Of a DNA stretch of 64,000 nt, positions 58,906 to 64,000 are shown in pieces. The stretch's first letter is position 1. Each line of letters begins with the position of its first letter. A program made the translations under genes and the position numbers. The notes under the pieces are model-generated. The model did no database searches and was not told the DNA's origin. It was given only the letters and a program-made list of their open reading frames with translations. Origin of the DNA: Carcharhinus amblyrhynchos (taxonomy: Eukaryota); contig OZ336879.1 in assembly GCA_965287045.1 (NCBI GenBank), forward strand, positions 35,774,001-35,838,000, in the 5' to 3' direction.

Positions 58906-59012
58906 GGTAAAAAGTCTGACAACACCAGGTTTAAGTCCAGCTGATTTATTTGATAGTAAACTCACCAGCTTTTGAGAGGTTTCCCTCTTCTTCAGGTGCA
59001 TATCCACATCAT
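58906..59012 (+). mobile_element. Penelope-like insertion (family A variant), mostly inverted arm
   Basis: Perfect 13 bp TSD GCACCTAAGACAT (58893-58905, 59013-59025). Ends GCATATCCACATCAT. Hammerhead-like motif on minus strand at ~58966-58995. Confidence 0.85.
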
Positions 59013-59559
59013 GCACCTAAGACATACCAGGGAGTGGGTAGCATATAATTATACATTCAAGGCCTTCTGCTCTGTCCGTCCATTTTAGAGGAGTATTCTG
59101 GACTAGAATGTTTATAAGTTTGAAGTCTTGTAGTCCTACAGTGGACCAGGAGTTGTCAAGTCAGCGCTTGTATCCCAAAATTCATACGTTTTTGACAGTA
59201 ATTGATTTTGGATGGTAGTCATTCTGAATTTATATTTTAAGCAGCACATTCATTTTTTTCAGCAAAGATGAAATCTAAAACTCTGTACATTTTGTGAATT
59301 CACTAATGCAACTTTGAGACCCCCGAGTCAGGAATTTCCTCAGATTTTATACAGCACTCAAACTAAGAGGTTTATATTTGTAGATCTTACTGTTTTTCTA
59401 GTGATCTTGTAGAGAGGCAGAACTGATTTATAGGCCACAATGCTAAGAAATCAAATCTGTTTCATATTTGAATGAAAGTGCACTTGTGTCACTAACTTAC
59501 ATGTATAAATATTTTGCTCATGTGTTTGGTTGTAGATCTGTGGAATTTTCTACCTTGGC

Positions 59560-59725
59560 ATATTGCAGATGGTCAGGGTCAGTAGATATTTGAATACTAC
59601 AAGGACCAAGAGATAGGTGGATAGTACAGGAAGGCTGAATTGAGATATGTTAGCCATGATTGCTTTGAACGGCAGAGCAGACTTGAAGGGATGATTGGCT
59701 TAGTCCTGTTCCTAACTATGTTACA
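59560..59725 (+). mobile_element. Decayed CR1 3' end
   Basis: TTAGCCATGATTGCTTTGAACGGCAGAGCAGACTTGAAGGG..GGCTTAGTCCTGTTCCTA. Confidence 0.6.
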
Positions 59726-60019
59726 ATCTATATTAAATTTATTTAATTCCTTTGCAATAAGGTCCCAATCTCACACCGAATAAGCGGCATTCAGTGCTTA
59801 CAGGACAAAGATTTTGGCTACGGCTTTGAAATCTAGCTATTGCAGAGACTCAGAATAAATGTAATCAAGAGAATAAGTGATGCATAAGATATAATTCAGA
59901 AGCGGCTGATAGAATTAATGTGTCACTAGACAATTACCGTGTGTGTTGTTTTGAGAAGAGTACATTGAGAAACACATAAAAATTAACAAATGTTAAATGA
60001 TGTAAGGGGTGGAAATTTC

Positions 60020-60560
60020 TATTTGGTTAGTTAGACATCCGTCCATCTCAGAAGACGATGGACTGTGCCCATGGTGTGAATCATTTCTGTACTGAGCATC
60101 TGTACTGTTGTGGCTACTGAAGCATTTGAGTTGCAATCCTCTCCACAGCCCACAAGAATAAATAATTGTCCTGAGTCGACTGATTTTTTTTTCTTTCCTG
60201 CGGACCCTATTTCCCACCATCTTGTCATTTCTTTTGCCTTCTGCTTTTTCTTCACTCTTTCTGACCAGTTGTGCCAGGCACTCGTGAGTAGTGAAGATAT
60301 CCCATGGTTGACTCAAATTACTTGAAGTCTCCTTACATTGGAGATGTGGGCAGTCTCAGTGTCATGCCAACAGCAAGTTTGCCATACAACATGTCTTTGG
60401 GCACGCGGCCATCCATTTGGCTCATATGACCCAGTCGATAAAGTCACTACTGACTCAAGAGAGCTGGGGAAACCCTGACGCTGAAGTGTCCTCTCCAGGG
60501 CTCAGGTCTTGGTAGATAGCATGGATATCCTGAGCTGCCTTAGCATCAGGCCCCTCTTAG
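60020..60560 (-). mobile_element. RTE-clade LINE 3' fragment
   Basis: Minus strand LLSQ..RLGHMSQMDGRVPKDMLYGKLAVG; 3' end CCATCGTCTTCTGAGATGGACGGATG. Confidence 0.7.
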
Positions 60561-61603
60561 CATTGCTAAGAATGTCCAAAGGAAAGATGAAATCATTACT
60601 GTTTGGCAATTGTTCCGCAGCAGAGTTGCCAGAAAAACTGCCTGATAAATGACAGATTACTGCCTGAGGGACTCCACCTCAGATTTTCTGCTACGGTTTA
60701 CTCCCTTAGTTTTCTACTCTCCCACGACATGCACAAGAGTGGGGCTATTTATCCACATTTGTGGGGTTTGGTTCATGGGTATCAGGGCAAAACCATATGT
60801 CGGTGGGCCTTTTTATGACGGGCAGCAGGGTCAGGCCTCCTTTGAGGCCCCTATAGTTTAGCCTAGGTCCACAATGTCCCCAGTTCACATATGCCGTCAC
60901 AGGAAGACACTACAATAGGGTTGGCTGATGAAGAGGCTACATACTAACAGGAGAGACTTATACACTTAGCTCTGTTTTTCCACAATAGTTACACTGCTAA
61001 CCAGCAATGAGAGCTGAAAGCAAGAGGTGAGAAACAGACTGATCGCTACACATCACCTATCACATTTGCTGCATCACATCAACTGAAGACACATGGAATT
61101 TCTATATAACGGTGTAGGCTTAGAAAATAATAGTTAATAAATTGAGAGAAAATGTAATTGTTTTGAGTTATAAAACTGCAAGAAAATACACCAAAGTTCA
61201 CAACTTTCTGGGGAGAGGAAGAAGAATGTTATGCTTTAGGTCAAATCACTTGCAGTATTGCTTTAGAAGCCTCTATATCTAACACAAGAGAATGTTGCCT
61301 TCAACATTACACCAGCGGGCTGCAATCTGCTAACTAGTTTATCAACATTTTTTAAAAATTATTTTGTTCAAACTTTGAGACTATTTGAAATATTTCAGTT
61401 CTAGCTGACAGACTAAAATCATAACTATTTTGCTGCCTGAATCTTTGATTAGGTAATTCATCAGCAAATCTTTGATAAAAATCTATGCTCGCTGTTTAGA
61501 TAAGTTTATCTAAGAGTGAAAACTCACTTTTTTTTTGCACTGGAGTGGAAGTCTAAGCAAGTTCCACAAGTGCAAGATGCTTTTTCAGCTATCTTTTTGC
61601 CAA

Positions 61604-62260
61604 TTTGATTTGATTTATTATTGTCACATGTATTAAAAACAGTGAAAAGTATTGTTTCTTGCGCAATCTACAGACAAGACACAGCGTTCATAGAGAGGGA
61701 AACGAGTGAGTGCAGAAATGTAGTGTTACATCATAGCTAGGGTGTAGACAAAGATCAAGTTAATGCAAGATAAATCCATTCATAAGTCTGACAGGGAAGT
61801 AGCTGTTCTTGAGTCGGTTGGCACCTGACCTCAGACTTTTGTATCTTTTTCCCGGAGGAAGGAGATGGAAGAGAGAGAATGGCCAGGGTGTGTGGGGTCC
61901 TTAATTATGCTGGCTGCTTTGCTGAGGTAGCAGGAAATGTAGATAGAGTCAATGAATGGGAGGGTGGTTTGCGTGATGGTTTGAGCTACATTCATTGATG
62001 GTTTGTAGCTCCTTATGGTGTTGTGCAAAGCAGGAGCCATACCAAGCTGTGATACAACCAGAAAGGATACTTCCATGGTGCATCTGTAAAAGTTGGAGAG
62101 AGTCGTAGCTGACATGCCAGATTTCCTTAGTCTTCTGAGAAAGTAGAGGCATTGGCGGGCTTTCTTGACTATAGTGTCGGCATGGGGGACCAGGACAGAT
62201 TGTTCGTGATCTGGACACCTAAAAACTTGAAGCTCTCGACCCTTTCTACTTCATCCCATT
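61604..62260 (-). mobile_element. Rex1/Babar LINE 3' fragment
   Basis: VERVESFKFLGVQI..LSWSPHADTIVKKARQCLYFLRRLRKSGMSATTLSNFYRCTM; (CAAAT)n tail at 61604-61620. Confidence 0.9.
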
Positions 62261-62671
62261 GGATTTAAGGCTCAGTGGTTTAATTTTGGAAGGGTAGGAA
62301 TCATCAGAAGTGCTAAATACACAGGTATTATTGATTAGCATTTCTTCCCCAGATTCCAGCATTGTTCATAGATTTCTACGTTTTAGTTGCATTGACACAA
62401 TGGGAAAGTTTTGGTTTCTCAGCTCACAACCTGGCAAATTGTTTACACGAATAGTTTTGTTTCTATTTCCATCTTGAATTAGTTTTACTGCTACCTCATT
62501 CAGAGCAAAACCAGAACAAAATTCTGAGCAGATTGTTCAAGTCATATTTGTGGTATGGCAAAGTGACATTAAGATTATATTTCTTCTTGAGATTGGTTTG
62601 CATTCTATTTGAGGGTGCGTACGAGAGTTTGTTCAGTGGACTGTACAGAACAAGAAGGTCCCAGCTTTGAT

Positions 62672-62812
62672 TTTTTTCTGTTCACTCATGGGATGTGGGT
62701 GTCACTGACTGGGCCAGCATTTGTTACCCAACTTTAGTTGCCCTTGAGCTGAGTGGTTTGTTTGGTCATTAAGAGTCAATCCCATTGCTGTGGATTTATA
62801 TGTAGGCCAGGC
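62672..62812 (-). mobile_element. LINE 3' end (same family as 6175-6510)
   Basis: TTCACTCATGGGATGTGGGTGTCACTGACTGGGCCAGCATTTGTTACCCA..TTGCCCTTGAG. Confidence 0.6.
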
Positions 62813-63104
62813 CAAATAAAAATGACAAAAATCATCCAGCTTCAAATTATCATTCACCAAATGCCTGTGTGGACATTAAGTCAGGACAGATCAGATTTGG
62901 CTAAATTTCTCATCCTTATTTATTTCCAAAGCTCACAGATGAACGATATTCATTTGAGTAAAGAGCTGGAGAGTGATCATTCTATTCCCAAAGGCGGCAA
63001 TATTTTCAGGACAGTAAAGGATGGAGGAAAATAGTGAAGATTATTGGCAAGAATGCATTTGCCCAATTTTTCTTGACCTTTTCTTGCATGTCTAGAGACA
63101 CAAA

Positions 63105-63262
63105 AACATTAAGAAGCACTTAGAAGAGCACTTGAAATGCCATAGCATACACAGCAATGGACCACGTGCTGGAAAATGGAATTAGAATAGATAGGTGCTT
63201 AATGGCCAGTGAAGACATGATGGACCGAAATGCCTCTTTTGAGCTAGGTATCTCTGACTCTA
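63105..63262 (+). mobile_element. CR1 3' end
   Basis: TTAAGAAGCACTTAGA..GGACCACGTGCTGGAAAATGG..ATGATGGACCGAAATGCCTCTTT. Confidence 0.6.
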
Positions 63263-64000
63263 CAAAATCTTAAAACCTCATCAGAACCTCTAAGACTTTC
63301 ACTAACTATTTAAAATCTGACGATCAAAATTCAACCTCATGTTATCATTAGGTCCAAATCAAGAAGTCTCCTTCCAAATGGCACAGAATGGAATTGTCCA
63401 GCTGAAATACAAATTAACAGCCAATAAAACTTGTTTTGCCTAGTGAAACACAAAGATACTCCCAAACTCAGATTTGCTCTCTTCTACCAAAGTCTTTTTA
63501 GTATTCCACATGGGAACAAAAATTAAGATGCATGAATACAACAGGCTCTTGAAAAGTCAACGAAAAGGAACCATCTTGCACTGGCAGGAATTTCTTGTAC
63601 TTCCCCATTTCCACAATCTCCTCAATATCGAACGTAAAAGTCTTTTTATGAAAGATTCTGCATTTGATACTGCATCTTCTTCCCATTTCCTGAGACCAGC
63701 TGGATATTACTGGGATCATGGTGGGAAATGGCTGGCTTGGATACTGAAGATCAGACCAGTTATACTGGGTAAGAAGCAGCACTCAGAAATATAGTTAACA
63801 GAGCGCTGCAAGAACAATGTGCTATGTTTATCTTTACCCCTCTCATGGAGTGTGAGACCAAAGCCAGTGCCTGAAAGATGGCTGCATCAAAAGCGCTCTG
63901 TTTTCCTTTCAGATAACCTCAGCCCTACCAATCCTCCTGCGTTCTGTTGCGACTCAGCATGTTCCTGTCTGTGGCACAAATAGATGAAAGAAACAATCTC

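Noticed and set aside
44863-64000. efnb2 exon 1 or promoter
   Set aside because: No signal peptide/LEPIYWNS-like exon and no CpG island found; it must lie beyond the window.
1-64000. CRISPR arrays, operons or other prokaryotic systems
   Set aside because: Spliced vertebrate gene with eukaryotic retroelements; no regularly spaced repeat-spacer array seen.

Overview
Eukaryotic vertebrate DNA, most likely from a shark (inferred from HE1-type V-SINEs, SacSINE/Deu-domain SINEs and chondrichthyan-type CR1 and Penelope repeats). The window holds the 3' four coding exons (2-5) and ~3 kb 3'UTR of ephrin-B2 (efnb2) on the minus strand. Exon 1 is not visible and lies beyond position 64000. Introns and downstream DNA contain decayed CR1, L2, RTE and Rex1/Babar LINEs, three or more SINE families, a deleted Gypsy LTR element, a PIF/Harbinger transposase relic with MITE-like relatives, and a 3'-truncated U6 retrocopy. 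The most notable structures are: (1) short fold-back Penelope-like insertions with 13-15 bp TSDs, hammerhead-like cores and 3' ends clustered at the ORF start codon; (2) a ~400 bp inverted duplication in intron 2 that a later CR1 insertion has split; (3) a possible U6 chimera; (4) a candidate tandem-acceptor cassette/poison exon in intron 4. Repeat family names come from recalled consensus sequences and repeat boundaries are approximate. Nearly all other ORFs in the track are noise.
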